In this document: positions 7,561 through 17,147 of the stretch, piece by piece
Position numbering within the stretch: position 1 is the stretch's first letter
How the letters are laid out: every line of letters starts with the position of its first letter
Virus record (IMG/VR): IMGVR_UViG_3300046665_000193
Location: 14,981-78,980 of that record
DNA from: a virus
Reading direction: 5' to 3' (one strand)
Length of the DNA: 64,000 nucleotides
Made by a program: the position numbers and the translations under genes
The notes under the pieces: model-generated
What the model was told of the DNA's origin: nothing
Database searches by the model: none
The model's input: the letters and a program-made list of their open reading frames with translations, nothing else

Positions 7561-9258
7561 TTGGTGTCTGACGACGACAGCGTCTTCGTCGCGAAGGAGC
7601 CATGCCCTGAGTGCGGCTCCCGCGACAACCTCGCTCGCTACTCCGATGGCCACGCCTTCTGCTTCGGTTGCTCTCACTGGGAGCCGCCGACAGACGGCAG
7701 CGGCGAGCGCCCCCAGCAAACCGAAAGGAGACAAGTGTCAGGCTTGATTGATGCAGGCGACTTCATTGCGCTAGGCAAACGACAACTATCCGAAGAAGAC
7801 TGCCGCAAGGCGGGCTACTCAGTCTCCACCTTCCGAGGACAGCCTGTCCAGATCGCGGCCATCAAGGACCCGATGACAGGCGAGACCATCGCCCAGAAGG
7901 TTAGGCTCCCCAACAAGGACTTCCTGTATCTCGGTGAGACTAAGGATGATCCGTTCTATCTGCAGCACCTCTGGAAGGACGGCGGCAAGCGCGTCGTCAT
8001 CACAGAAGGCGAAGTGGACGCGGTCACCGTCCTGAAAATTCAACAACACAAGTGGCCCGTCGTCTCCATCACGAAGGGCGTCAAGGGCGCTAAGAAGCAG
8101 ATACAGCAGCAGCTCAAGTGGCTCGACAAGTTCGACGAAGTCGTCCTGATGTTCGACAACGACGAAGAGCACACGCGGCCAGATGGTACCAAGTGGTATC
8201 CCGGCCAAGACACTGCTATCGACTGCGCGTCGGTGTTCAAGCCCGGCAAGTGCAAGATCGCACGGCTCCCGCTCAAGGATGCCAGCGACATGCACACTGC
8301 AGGCCGCGACGATGAAGTCGTCACCGCGATCTGGAACGCCAAGACCTATCGCCCTGACGGTGTCGTCACCATCGCTGAGGTGCGTGATGCGGTGCTGCGG
8401 GACCCGGAGCAGGGCTTCCCATGGTTCTCCGAGGAACTGACCAAGCAAACCTACGGTCGCCGCCTCGGTGAGATCAGCACGTTCGGCGCAGGCACAGGCG
8501 TCGGCAAGACCGACTTCCTGACTGAGCAGATGCAGTTCGACATGGTGCAGCTCAGCCAGCCCATCGGCGTGTTCTCGCTCGAACAGCAGCCAGCGGAGAC
8601 CGTCAAGCGGCTCGCCGGCAAACAGGCAGGCAAGCGTTTCCACATCCCGTCATCGGATGAGAACGCATGGTCGAAGGATGAGCTGATCGCATCGCTCGAT
8701 GTGATGGAAGCTGGCGGCAAGCTGTTCATGTACGACAGCTTCGGTGCCACCGACTGGGGCATCATCCAGACCACCATCCGCTTCTTGCACCACAGCGAAG
8801 GCGTGAAGCTCTTCTACGTCGATCACCTCACCGGCCTCGCGGCTGCAGAGAGTGACGAGAAGACGGGCATCGAGCGCATCATGGCCGAGATGGCAGCGCT
8901 GGTGAAAGAGCTGAACATCCACATCCATCTGGTGTCGCATCTCGCAACGCCAGAGGGCAAGCCACACGAAGAGGGCGGTCGCGTCATGATCCGTCACTTC
9001 AAGGGCTCGCGCTCGATTGGCTTCTGGAGCCACAGCATGTTCGGCATGGAGCGCGACCAGCAAGCCGAGAGTGAAGTGCTGCGGACCATCACCACGTTCC
9101 GCATCCTCAAGCACCGCCCCGATGGTTCGAAAGTCGGGAAGTGCGTCTACTTCGGATACGACAGCGAGATCGGACGATTGTTCGAGACCGAGTTACCCGA
9201 AGAGGTCAACGACAATCCATTCCAAGGCAAAGCCGAAGGGAGCAATACCGATTTCTGA
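7561..9258 (+). CDS. Primase-helicase (gp4-like)
   Basis: CPEC..CFGC zinc finger, ITEGEVDA TOPRIM, GAGTGVGKT Walker A, VDHL, VSHL. Confidence 0.97.
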   Translation: MVSDDDSVFVAKEPCPECGSRDNLARYSDGHAFCFGCSHWEPPTDGSGERPQQTERRQVSGLIDAGDFIALGKRQLSEEDCRKAGYSVSTFRGQPVQIAAIKDPMTGETIAQKVRLPNKDFLYLGETKDDPFYLQHLWKDGGKRVVITEGEVDAVTVLKIQQHKWPVVSITKGVKGAKKQIQQQLKWLDKFDEVVLMFDNDEEHTRPDGTKWYPGQDTAIDCASVFKPGKCKIARLPLKDASDMHTAGRDDEVVTAIWNAKTYRPDGVVTIAEVRDAVLRDPEQGFPWFSEELTKQTYGRRLGEISTFGAGTGVGKTDFLTEQMQFDMVQLSQPIGVFSLEQQPAETVKRLAGKQAGKRFHIPSSDENAWSKDELIASLDVMEAGGKLFMYDSFGATDWGIIQTTIRFLHHSEGVKLFYVDHLTGLAAAESDEKTGIERIMAEMAALVKELNIHIHLVSHLATPEGKPHEEGGRVMIRHFKGSRSIGFWSHSMFGMERDQQAESEVLRTITTFRILKHRPDGSKVGKCVYFGYDSEIGRLFETELPEEVNDNPFQGKAEGSNTDF

Positions 9259-9430
9259 CAAGTGCGAACCGCTTCACAAAGCTGGACCGCTGGACCTGCG
9301 CATCACTCGCGCGGGTCCGATGATCCTGATCACCACCCTAGACGGCGACGAGGTTGTCGCTGAACAAGTCATCGCTCGCGATGGCGTCCCGTCATTCATC
9401 AAAGCATTGCGCGAGGTGGCCGGTGTCTAA
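9251..9430 (+). CDS. Small hypothetical protein, probable ATT start
   Basis: GGGAG 8 nt before ATT; frame and start conserved at 53741..53920. Confidence 0.55.
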   Translation: MSDKCEPLHKAGPLDLRITRAGPMILITTLDGDEVVAEQVIARDGVPSFIKALREVAGV

Positions 9431-9632
9431 GGTCCCCAACGTATTCGCGCTAAGCGCCCATGAGAACGTGCGCGTGGCTATCGACAACAACGATATCATC
9501 ATCGGCGTCCCAGATCAGAAGGCCGTCGTGATCCCAGTCGTCCTGTTCGCGCACATCGTGCAGAGCATCGACGAACTCTGCATCGCAAACAACATCCTCA
9601 TTGAAGAAGCGGCTCTGGTAACTAAGCATTGA
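9423..9632 (+). CDS. Small hypothetical protein
   Basis: GAGG RBS, GTG start; homolog 53913..54122. Confidence 0.7.
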   Translation: MSKVPNVFALSAHENVRVAIDNNDIIIGVPDQKAVVIPVVLFAHIVQSIDELCIANNILIEEAALVTKH

Positions 9633-11596
9633 GATATGACTTCGACTGCGAGACGGACGGCCTTCTTGAAGAGCTGACCGTTACCCACTCTCTGGTGCTC
9701 GGAGACATCGATAAGGGCACCACACATTCCTTCTGCGACCAACCGAACTATCCCAAGGTTGACGAAGGTTTACGCGAGCTGATGGACGCGGACTTCATCT
9801 GCGGCCACAACGTCATCAAGTTCGACATCCCGGCACTGCAGAAAGTCTACCCGTGGTTCAAGCCGCGCGGTGAAGTGCAGGACACGCTGGTCCTGTCACG
9901 CCTCATCAAGGCGGACATCAAGGATGACGACTTCGCCTTCGCCAAGAAGATGGAGCGACGCGGCACTCCGCACTTGTTCCCCAAGCACATGATCGGCAAG
10001 CACTCGCTCGAAAGCTGGGGCTACCGCCTCGGTGAATGGAAGGGTGACTACTCCGATGCCCGCAAGAAGCTCGCGAAAGAGCAGGGCATCAAGGACAAGG
10101 CCGAGATCATGCGCTTCGTCTGGGGCTCATGGAATAAGGAGATGCAGGACTACTGCGAGCAGGACGTTGCCGTCACTCGCAAGCTGCGTGAGTTCTTCTG
10201 GGCCAAGCTGCAAGATGGATGGGGCGAGCACTGCGTTGAGCTGGAGCACGAGGTTGCGTGGCTGATCGCACGGCAAGAACGCTACGGCGTCGGCTTCGAC
10301 GAACCGGCTGCTGCCAAGTTCTACGCTACGCTCGTCGGCCACCAGCAGAAACTGGACAACGAGCTACAGCGCTCGTTCCCGCCGAAGACCGTCGAGACTG
10401 TGTTCATCCCCAAGGTGAACAACAAGAAGATTGGCTATGTGAAGGGCCAGCCGTTCATCAAGCGGCAGGTCGTCCCGTTCAACCCCGGCTCCCGTCAGCA
10501 GCTCGCTGAGCGACTGGAGGCGCTGGGCTGGAAGCCACAGACCTACGGCAAGGACGGCATCCCGACCATCGACGACGAAGTGTTGAAGAGCCTGCCATAT
10601 CCCGAAGTGGCTCCGCTCAAGGACTACTACGTTATCGAGAAGCGCCTCGGTGCACTCGCCAACGGCAAGCAGGCGTGGCTCAAGAATTGTCGCGGCGGTC
10701 GCATCTATCCTGAGGTGATCACCAACGGCGCGGTCACCGGACGCATGACGCATCGCGTCGTGGTCAACGTCCCCGGCGCCATCGACAAGAAGACAGGCGA
10801 GAAGCAGCTCTACGGTCTCGAATGCCGTGCGCTGTTCATTCCAAAGAAGGGCAACATCCAAGTCGGCTGCGACGCTGACAGCTTGGAAGGCCGCGTCATG
10901 GGCCACTACATGGGCTTCTATGACGGCGGCGCTTACGCCACCTCGCTGCTCTATGGCAACAAGGCCGAAGGCACCGACAACCACTCGCGCACTGCTGCGG
11001 CGCTGGCGAAGTGGAAGTGTCACCGCGAGACGGCGAAGACCTACTTCTATGCTCTGGTCTACGGTGCGTTCGACGCCAAGCTGGGTGAAATCCTCGGCGC
11101 GACCGGAAGCAAGAAGGCCAAGGAAGCTGTCGGCAAAGAAAGCCGTGAAGCTGTGATGAAGGGCATCCCCGGTCTCGACAGGCTGGTGAATGCGCTCACG
11201 TCGAAGGCCAAGGCCAACGGCTTCATCATGGGCCTCGACGGTCGCAAGCTCCGCGTCCGTTCGGCTCACGCCATCCTGAATACGCTGTTCCAGTCCGCTG
11301 GTGCCATCGTCATGAAGGAAGCTGCCATCATCCTCGACACCGAACTGTGCGGCGTGAAGCCAAGCGTGATCGGCAAGATGGGTGCGGAAGCGGCGACCAA
11401 GCTTCGCCCTGGCACCGACTATGAGTTCATGTTGAACTACCATGACGAATGGCAGCTCGACGTTCCCCCTCACAACAAGGACACGGTAGCAACGGCGGCA
11501 ACTGATGCCATCCGTAAAGCTGGCGAGTTCTACAAGTTCCGTTGCCCGCTCAAAGGCAACGCGGATATCGGCGATAGCTGGGCCGCAACGCACTGA
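9629..11596 (+). CDS. Family A DNA polymerase with 3'-5' exonuclease (gp5-like)
   Basis: DCETDG, GHNVIKFD, DADSLEGR (motif A), RETAKTYFYALVYG (B), YHDEWQ (C). Confidence 0.97.
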   Translation: MRYDFDCETDGLLEELTVTHSLVLGDIDKGTTHSFCDQPNYPKVDEGLRELMDADFICGHNVIKFDIPALQKVYPWFKPRGEVQDTLVLSRLIKADIKDDDFAFAKKMERRGTPHLFPKHMIGKHSLESWGYRLGEWKGDYSDARKKLAKEQGIKDKAEIMRFVWGSWNKEMQDYCEQDVAVTRKLREFFWAKLQDGWGEHCVELEHEVAWLIARQERYGVGFDEPAAAKFYATLVGHQQKLDNELQRSFPPKTVETVFIPKVNNKKIGYVKGQPFIKRQVVPFNPGSRQQLAERLEALGWKPQTYGKDGIPTIDDEVLKSLPYPEVAPLKDYYVIEKRLGALANGKQAWLKNCRGGRIYPEVITNGAVTGRMTHRVVVNVPGAIDKKTGEKQLYGLECRALFIPKKGNIQVGCDADSLEGRVMGHYMGFYDGGAYATSLLYGNKAEGTDNHSRTAAALAKWKCHRETAKTYFYALVYGAFDAKLGEILGATGSKKAKEAVGKESREAVMKGIPGLDRLVNALTSKAKANGFIMGLDGRKLRVRSAHAILNTLFQSAGAIVMKEAAIILDTELCGVKPSVIGKMGAEAATKLRPGTDYEFMLNYHDEWQLDVPPHNKDTVATAATDAIRKAGEFYKFRCPLKGNADIGDSWAATH

Positions 11597-12005
11597 CCCG
11601 GAAGGGTTCGTGTACATCATCACCAACCCGGCATGGCCATCCCACTGCAAGATCGGCAAGGCACTCGTCATGAAAGACCGCGTGAAGGTCTATCAGACGG
11701 GCTCGCCTTACCGTGACTACAGGGTAGTCGCACATGCGTTCTTCGATGATCGCAAGGCGGCTGAGGCTGAACTGCACGAGCAACTAAGGGGCCACCGCGT
11801 CGGCAAGACAGAGTGGTTCTTCATCCATCCCGATGACGCCAGCGCGATGCTGCGTCGCATCTCCCGAAGGAAGAAACGACATGAGCGAACACGATCAACG
11901 CGAATGGTCAAACGACCTCCGAAACAAGTACGGCATCGCGGAACCAATCGAACCCGAAACACTCGCGGACCTGATCCAAGACGCACGAGACGAGGCAAAG
12001 CGTGA
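11505..12005 (+). CDS. GIY-YIG / T5orf172-domain protein (true start uncertain, ~11574-11610)
   Basis: GFVYIITNP..CKIG..R..YQTGSP..E..LH..EWF. Confidence 0.8.
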   Translation: MPSVKLASSTSSVARSKATRISAIAGPQRTDPEGFVYIITNPAWPSHCKIGKALVMKDRVKVYQTGSPYRDYRVVAHAFFDDRKAAEAELHEQLRGHRVGKTEWFFIHPDDASAMLRRISRRKKRHERTRSTRMVKRPPKQVRHRGTNRTRNTRGPDPRRTRRGKA

Positions 12006-12193
12006 GAGCATCTGAACTACACAACAAGATCACCGCGAAGATCGTCTTCCACAACAAGGCGAAGGTTGACGCGGCGAAGCTGGCACGGCGCTACATGAAC
12101 TGCCACGACTTCAATGAAGCTGCCCGCTGGGCTGATGCCGCGAAGGCGCATCGGTTCGCTGCAGACAGCCTGCGGGAATTGCTCGGTCAGTGA
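12002..12193 (+). CDS. Small hypothetical protein
   Basis: Coupled ORF, absent from element D. Confidence 0.55.
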   Translation: MRASELHNKITAKIVFHNKAKVDAAKLARRYMNCHDFNEAARWADAAKAHRFAADSLRELLGQ

Positions 12194-12939
12194 AGGCGAA
12201 GCTCACCGTCCTGATCGACGGAGACATCATCGCCTACAAGGCCGCATGCGTGAACCAACAGGACATCGATCTCGGCGACGGGATCATCTCCTCCAAGACC
12301 AACCTCAACGGTGCACTGGAAGATGCTGAACGCATCATCGACGGCATCGCCAACAAGCTGAACGCTGACAGCATCATCGTCGGGCTCACCGGCCCGCTGA
12401 TGGAGATCAGCAACCGCAACTTCCGCAAGGAGCTGCTGCCCACCTACAAGGGCAACCGCTCGGGGCCGAAGCCGATCCTGCTGGCCAGTGTCAAAGAACA
12501 CATCCGGTCGGCATACGACACCAAGATCAAGGATGGCTTAGAGGCGGACGATACGCTGGGCATCTTGCTCACGCATCCGACGCTGATCCCCGGCAAGCGT
12601 GTTCTCGTCTCCACCGACAAGGACCTCCTGCAGATACCGGGGCGACACTACAATCCCGACAAGGAAGCCAAGCGCATGGTCACCGAAGCGCAGGGTGACT
12701 ACTTCCATCTACTGCAGACCATCACAGGCGATCCCACGGACAACTACTCAGGCTGTCCCGGCATCGGCCCTAAGCGTGCACCCGCCATCGTCGATCAGGG
12801 CTGGCCGGGCATCGTGGCTGCTTACGAGAAGAAGGGCCTCACCGAGGACGACGCGCTCGTCCAAGCCCGCTGCGCTCGCATCCTCCGACACACCGACTAC
12901 GACTTCAAACTCAAGGAACCCATTCTCTGGACCCCATGA
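12190..12939 (+). CDS. 5'-3' exonuclease (gp6-like)
   Basis: IDGD, NFRK..YKGNR, EADD, DKD, GDPTDNYSGCPGIG. Confidence 0.95.
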   Translation: MKAKLTVLIDGDIIAYKAACVNQQDIDLGDGIISSKTNLNGALEDAERIIDGIANKLNADSIIVGLTGPLMEISNRNFRKELLPTYKGNRSGPKPILLASVKEHIRSAYDTKIKDGLEADDTLGILLTHPTLIPGKRVLVSTDKDLLQIPGRHYNPDKEAKRMVTEAQGDYFHLLQTITGDPTDNYSGCPGIGPKRAPAIVDQGWPGIVAAYEKKGLTEDDALVQARCARILRHTDYDFKLKEPILWTP

Positions 12940-13514
12940 CAGCTCCTCTCATCGGCCTCTATTCCCCCCGCGCACAGTCGGGCAAGTCCACCTCCGCACG
13001 TCACATCGCCCATCGCGCCAAGGGCGTTACCATGTCCTTCGCAGACCCGATGCGTGCAGCCATCGTGCCCATCGCCGCGCCCTTTATGGAAGGCGGGGAG
13101 GCTGAGGTCTGGCAGTGGTTCGGCGACGAGCGCAAGGACAAGGCAAAGGTTCCGCAGCTCGACGTGACGCTGCGCTTCCTGTTGCAGACCCTCGGCACCG
13201 CATGGGGCCGGGAGACGATCCACCCGGATGTCTGGGAGATGATCGCCAAAGAGACCTCTCGCAAGCACCGCAAGCGCTGCGTCACCATCATCGACGACGT
13301 TCGGTTCGAGAACGAGTACGCCATGATCAAACGGGAAGGCGGACTGCTGTTCAAGATCGAGCGACCCGACGCGCCGGTCTCGGGCAACTTCTGGCACAAG
13401 TCAGAGGCCCGGCTGGAGAACCTGCCGTTCGACGAGACGATCATGAACGTGGGCACCGAGGCTGCACTCGTGGCGCAGATCGACGACCTCGTATTCGACT
13501 ACTTCGGAGTGTGA
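12936..13514 (+). CDS. Deoxynucleoside monophosphate kinase
   Basis: QSGKST P-loop, SFADP, R..LQTLGT.WGR, DDVRFENE. Confidence 0.9.
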   Translation: MTAPLIGLYSPRAQSGKSTSARHIAHRAKGVTMSFADPMRAAIVPIAAPFMEGGEAEVWQWFGDERKDKAKVPQLDVTLRFLLQTLGTAWGRETIHPDVWEMIAKETSRKHRKRCVTIIDDVRFENEYAMIKREGGLLFKIERPDAPVSGNFWHKSEARLENLPFDETIMNVGTEAALVAQIDDLVFDYFGV

Positions 13515-13521
13515 CTACAAA

Positions 13522-13836
13522 GTGGCAAGACTGAACCGTAATCAAGGCGAGGAGGGCGGCGACAATAGGTTGCCCTCCTACCCAACCAATTCGCCTTCCG
13601 TTGCACCTGAGGTGACGACGGAGATCATCAACTATCTGAACGCCAAATTCCCCGACACGCTCCCTCCTGCGGGCTCTGCCTACACTGAGGTGGAGCGAGC
13701 ATGGGGAAGGCGCGAGGTGATCGAGCATTTGATCTGGCGTCAGAAACAGAACGAAGAAGAGAACAATGTGCTTCGGCGGCGGATCGACTCCCCCTCCAGC
13801 GCAGGCCCCGGCACCACCGCCGCCGCCTCCGGCTGA
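13522..13836 (+). CDS. Hypothetical protein (gp6.5 position)
   Basis: Homolog 58396..58713; YLN..FPD pattern. Confidence 0.6.
   Translation: MARLNRNQGEEGGDNRLPSYPTNSPSVAPEVTTEIINYLNAKFPDTLPPAGSAYTEVERAWGRREVIEHLIWRQKQNEEENNVLRRRIDSPSSAGPGTTAAASG
13565..13582 (+). promoter_or_regulatory. Candidate phage RNAP promoter at start of structural module
   Basis: ATAGGTTGCCCTCCTACC. Confidence 0.5.
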
Positions 13837-14002
13837 TACCCCTAGCGCCCCGGTCTACAACGAGAGCAACACCGATGCGAAGAACGCGAGTTCATCCATC
13901 GAGAACTCCCGGCGTGGACGCAGCTCGCTACTCATCAAGCGTAACACCTCAGGCACCTCGACCAGCAGCGCTGACACGAGCGGCTTGAACATCCCGACAT
14001 AA
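13766..14002 (+). CDS. Small virion protein (gp6.7/7.3-like), MCFGGG...GLNIPT
   Basis: MC start, GRSSLLI, GLNIPT end; upstream of portal. Confidence 0.75.
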   Translation: MCFGGGSTPPPAQAPAPPPPPPADTPSAPVYNESNTDAKNASSSIENSRRGRSSLLIKRNTSGTSTSSADTSGLNIPT

Positions 14003-14004
14003 CC

Positions 14005-14331
14005 GTGTGCACTCTCTCGATGCCGCGCGGCTCCTTCTCCCAGAGCCAGACCGCAATTGGTCAGGTGATCAATAGGGTGCAGGAGACGCAGTACGGCGCA
14101 CGCGATGCCGCCAATGCTGCACCATCCAGTCCTGCCGCTGCCCCTTCGCAGCCCGCTGCTGCTGCACCTCAGTCCGCTGCTCAGCTCGCTATGGCGAACG
14201 GCGGCGGGGTTGCTCCCGGCATGCAGTCGGGTGGTGCGCCAAGTTCATTCAATATCCCGCGCAAGCGCTCCCGAGGTTCCGGCACTGCGTCCGTAGCTGG
14301 TGGCGGCGTTGGGCTCGGTATTCCAACCTAA
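14005..14331 (+). CDS. Small virion protein paralog, MCT...GLGIPT
   Basis: Same termini pattern; conserved in element D. Confidence 0.65.
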   Translation: MCTLSMPRGSFSQSQTAIGQVINRVQETQYGARDAANAAPSSPAAAPSQPAAAAPQSAAQLAMANGGGVAPGMQSGGAPSSFNIPRKRSRGSGTASVAGGGVGLGIPT

Positions 14332-14343
14332 GGACCCACCATC

Positions 14344-14589
14344 ATGTGTATGGGTGGGGGCGGATCATCCGCTCCGGTAACCACACCGATGCCAACGCAG
14401 GACGCAGGCAACTCCGCTAATGGAGCTGCCGCTGTTGCTGCTGCACCGGCACCGACCAACTCGACTACCGACACGACCACTACGCCGACCGAGACCACCG
14501 ACCGTGGCGTCTCCTCACTGCGCATCAAGCGTGGCCGAGGCGCAACTAGCGCTGGCTCTAGCGGCACCGGATTGAACATCCCGACGTGA
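14344..14589 (+). CDS. Small virion protein paralog, MCMGGG...GLNIPT
   Basis: GVSSLRI, GLNIPT; overlaps portal start. Confidence 0.75.
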   Translation: MCMGGGGSSAPVTTPMPTQDAGNSANGAAAVAAAPAPTNSTTDTTTTPTETTDRGVSSLRIKRGRGATSAGSSGTGLNIPT

Positions 14590-16181
14590 CGGACGAACCC
14601 GATAAGGGAACGGCACAGTCGCGCTACTCACAGCTTGAGCCCCTTCGGCTCCCGTTCCTTACTCGGGCTCGTGACTGCGCTACGCTGACCGTCCCATACC
14701 TGATGCCCCCCGAGGGCATGACCAGCACCACTACGCTGCCCACGCCGTACCAGAGCCTTGGCGCTCGCGGCATCAGGACCCTCTCGGCAAAACTATTGCT
14801 GAGCCTATTCCCGCCTAACACGACCTTCTTCAAGTACAGCCTCGACGACTTCTTCCTGCAGAAACTGACAGGCAAGGATGACATGCGAGGTGAGGTCGAG
14901 AAGGCACTGTCGTCTCGTGAACGCGCCACTCTCGATGAGATGGAAGGCGCACAGATGCGTCTCGGCGCTTCAATGGCGCTGCAGCACCTTCTGGTCGCTG
15001 GCAACTTCCTCATCCACGTTCCACCTCAGGGTCGCACTCGTGGCTTCCGTCTCGACCAATTCGTGGTCAAGCGCGATGCCTCAGGTAATGTCCTTGAGAT
15101 CGTCGTCAAAGAGATCGTCAGCCCGACCGTGCTGCCCGATGCTGTTGCTGCTGCCGTCAAGGCGGATGCAGTCAAGAAGCATGGCGGCTCCGAAGACAAG
15201 TCGGCTGAACTCTACACGCATATCATTCGGCATCAAGAACACTGGGAAGTGTATCAGGAAGCGGGCGGTCTTAAGATTGCCGATACAGATGGGACATACC
15301 CACTGGATCGTTGCCCGTGGCTTCCTCTGCGTCTCGCCACTCAACCCGGCGAAGACTATGGCCGGTCGTATTGTGAAGAGTTTCTCGGTGATCTGGACAG
15401 CCTTGAAGGTTTGTCCGAAACGCTAGTCGAAGGTTCGGCTGCAGCAGCTCGTATCGTGTTCCTCGTAAAGCCGAACGGCGTCACTCAGGTGAAGGTCGTA
15501 TCGAAAGCGAAGAACGGCGACGTGGCTGTCGGTAACGCCGAAGACGTGACAGTGATCCAAGCGCAGAAGCAGGCCGACCTCGGTGTCGCGCAGAAGCAGG
15601 CGCAGGAGATCGCACAGCGTCTGTCTTACGCATTCATGCTCAACACTGCCATCCAGCGCAGCGCAGAGCGTGTCACTGCGGAAGAGATCAAGTACATGGC
15701 GCAGGAACTCGATGATGCCCTCGGCGGCATGTACGCGCTCCTCTCGGCTGAGTTTCAGCTCCCCGTCGTGCTCCTCTTTGAGGACCGCATGGAGAAGCTG
15801 CGTCAGGTCCCGCCGATGCCCAAGGGCGTCGTCAAGCCTACGATCACCACCGGCATGGCCGCGATTGGTCGGGGCATCGATCTGCGCAACCTCCGCGCAT
15901 TCACAGCCGACATCGTTCAAACCCTCGGTCCTGAGATCGCCTTCCGCTATCTCCAGCCGACCGAATACATCAAGCGTGCTGCCGCTGCCTATGGCATCGA
16001 CACTGGTGGTCTCGTCAAGCCCGACGATCAGATCGCACAGGAAGAGCAGCTCGCTAAACTTGAAGCCCTCGCACAGAACCTTGGACCTCAGGCCCTCCAG
16101 CAAATGGGTGGCATGGGCAAGGAAGTCGTGAAGGGCGCAGTCCAACAGCAAGTAGGTAACAATGGCCAAAGCCCCAGCTAA
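14586..16181 (+). CDS. Head-tail connector / portal (gp8-like)
   Basis: YQSLGARG, GEDYGRSY, ERVTAEEI motifs; 531 aa. Confidence 0.96.
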   Translation: MTDEPDKGTAQSRYSQLEPLRLPFLTRARDCATLTVPYLMPPEGMTSTTTLPTPYQSLGARGIRTLSAKLLLSLFPPNTTFFKYSLDDFFLQKLTGKDDMRGEVEKALSSRERATLDEMEGAQMRLGASMALQHLLVAGNFLIHVPPQGRTRGFRLDQFVVKRDASGNVLEIVVKEIVSPTVLPDAVAAAVKADAVKKHGGSEDKSAELYTHIIRHQEHWEVYQEAGGLKIADTDGTYPLDRCPWLPLRLATQPGEDYGRSYCEEFLGDLDSLEGLSETLVEGSAAAARIVFLVKPNGVTQVKVVSKAKNGDVAVGNAEDVTVIQAQKQADLGVAQKQAQEIAQRLSYAFMLNTAIQRSAERVTAEEIKYMAQELDDALGGMYALLSAEFQLPVVLLFEDRMEKLRQVPPMPKGVVKPTITTGMAAIGRGIDLRNLRAFTADIVQTLGPEIAFRYLQPTEYIKRAAAAYGIDTGGLVKPDDQIAQEEQLAKLEALAQNLGPQALQQMGGMGKEVVKGAVQQQVGNNGQSPS

Positions 16182-16308
16182 CGCCGGTTCGGAAGCCTCC
16201 TCGGTAAAGATCGAGGAAGGCACTGAAACCCCGGCAACCCCGAACACCATCGCGAAGCCGAAGACCGTCTCGACGGACAACTTCGGTAATCAGATCGAAG
16301 AGGCTTAA
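16162..16308 (+). CDS. Small hypothetical protein (48 aa)
   Basis: Between portal and scaffold; homolog 61047..61196 also ends FGN.IEEA. Confidence 0.65.
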   Translation: MAKAPANAGSEASSVKIEEGTETPATPNTIAKPKTVSTDNFGNQIEEA

Positions 16309-17147
16309 TGAGCACCGCCTCGGTCTCATTCCAGACGGCACCGACCGGCGCAGAAGCCCCGGCAGCGGACCCGACGAAGGACATCAATGCGCAAGCAACG
16401 AACCCCGCCGCGCCTGCTGAAGGGTCCAATCCCGACCGGCCTGAGTGGCTCCCGCAAAACTTCGCGACCGTCGAAGACTACGTCAAGTCCAACAACGAAG
16501 CGCGAGGAGAACTCACCCGTGCGCAGCAGGAACTCGCTAAGCTCCGAAAGAGTGACAGCGAGCAGCCCGGCGCGGGGGCAGAACAGTCTTCGCAGACCCC
16601 GGCTGAGAGAGCGGCCAACGAAGCCGTAACCAACGCTGGCCTCGACGTTTCGACGTGGCAGGCTGAGTTCAACGAGACCCGTGATGTGTCCGAAGAGGGC
16701 CGTGCGGCAATCGCTAAGGGTCTCGAAAAGCAGTTCGGCAAGGACGCTCGCGCCCTCGTGGACGACTTCATCGAAGGCCAGAAGATGCGCCTCTCCAACG
16801 TGGAGAATCAGGTGCATCAGCAGGCTGGTGGCAAGGATCAGTACGCTGCAATGATGCAGTGGGCTTCGACGAATATGTCGGCTCAGGAGATCGCTGCCTA
16901 CAACACTGCCATGGGCACTGGTGACTTCAACTCGATGTCGCTCGCTGTCGATGGCTTGAAGTCTCGCTTCACCAAGGCTGTCGGCTCCGCACCGAAGCTG
17001 CTCAGCGGTGACAACTCCATCGCCAACAACAGTGGTGGCTTCGGCTCCACGTTCGAGATGACGCAGGCCATGAAGGACCCGCGCTATCGCACCGACCCGG
17101 TCTACCGTAAGGGCGTCGAACAGCGGGCGATGAAGTCCAACTTCTAA
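16308..17147 (+). CDS. Capsid assembly scaffolding protein (gp9-like)
   Basis: RPEWLP, AGG..Y..M..WA, AMKDPRY..DP.YR. Confidence 0.9.
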   Translation: MSTASVSFQTAPTGAEAPAADPTKDINAQATNPAAPAEGSNPDRPEWLPQNFATVEDYVKSNNEARGELTRAQQELAKLRKSDSEQPGAGAEQSSQTPAERAANEAVTNAGLDVSTWQAEFNETRDVSEEGRAAIAKGLEKQFGKDARALVDDFIEGQKMRLSNVENQVHQQAGGKDQYAAMMQWASTNMSAQEIAAYNTAMGTGDFNSMSLAVDGLKSRFTKAVGSAPKLLSGDNSIANNSGGFGSTFEMTQAMKDPRYRTDPVYRKGVEQRAMKSNF

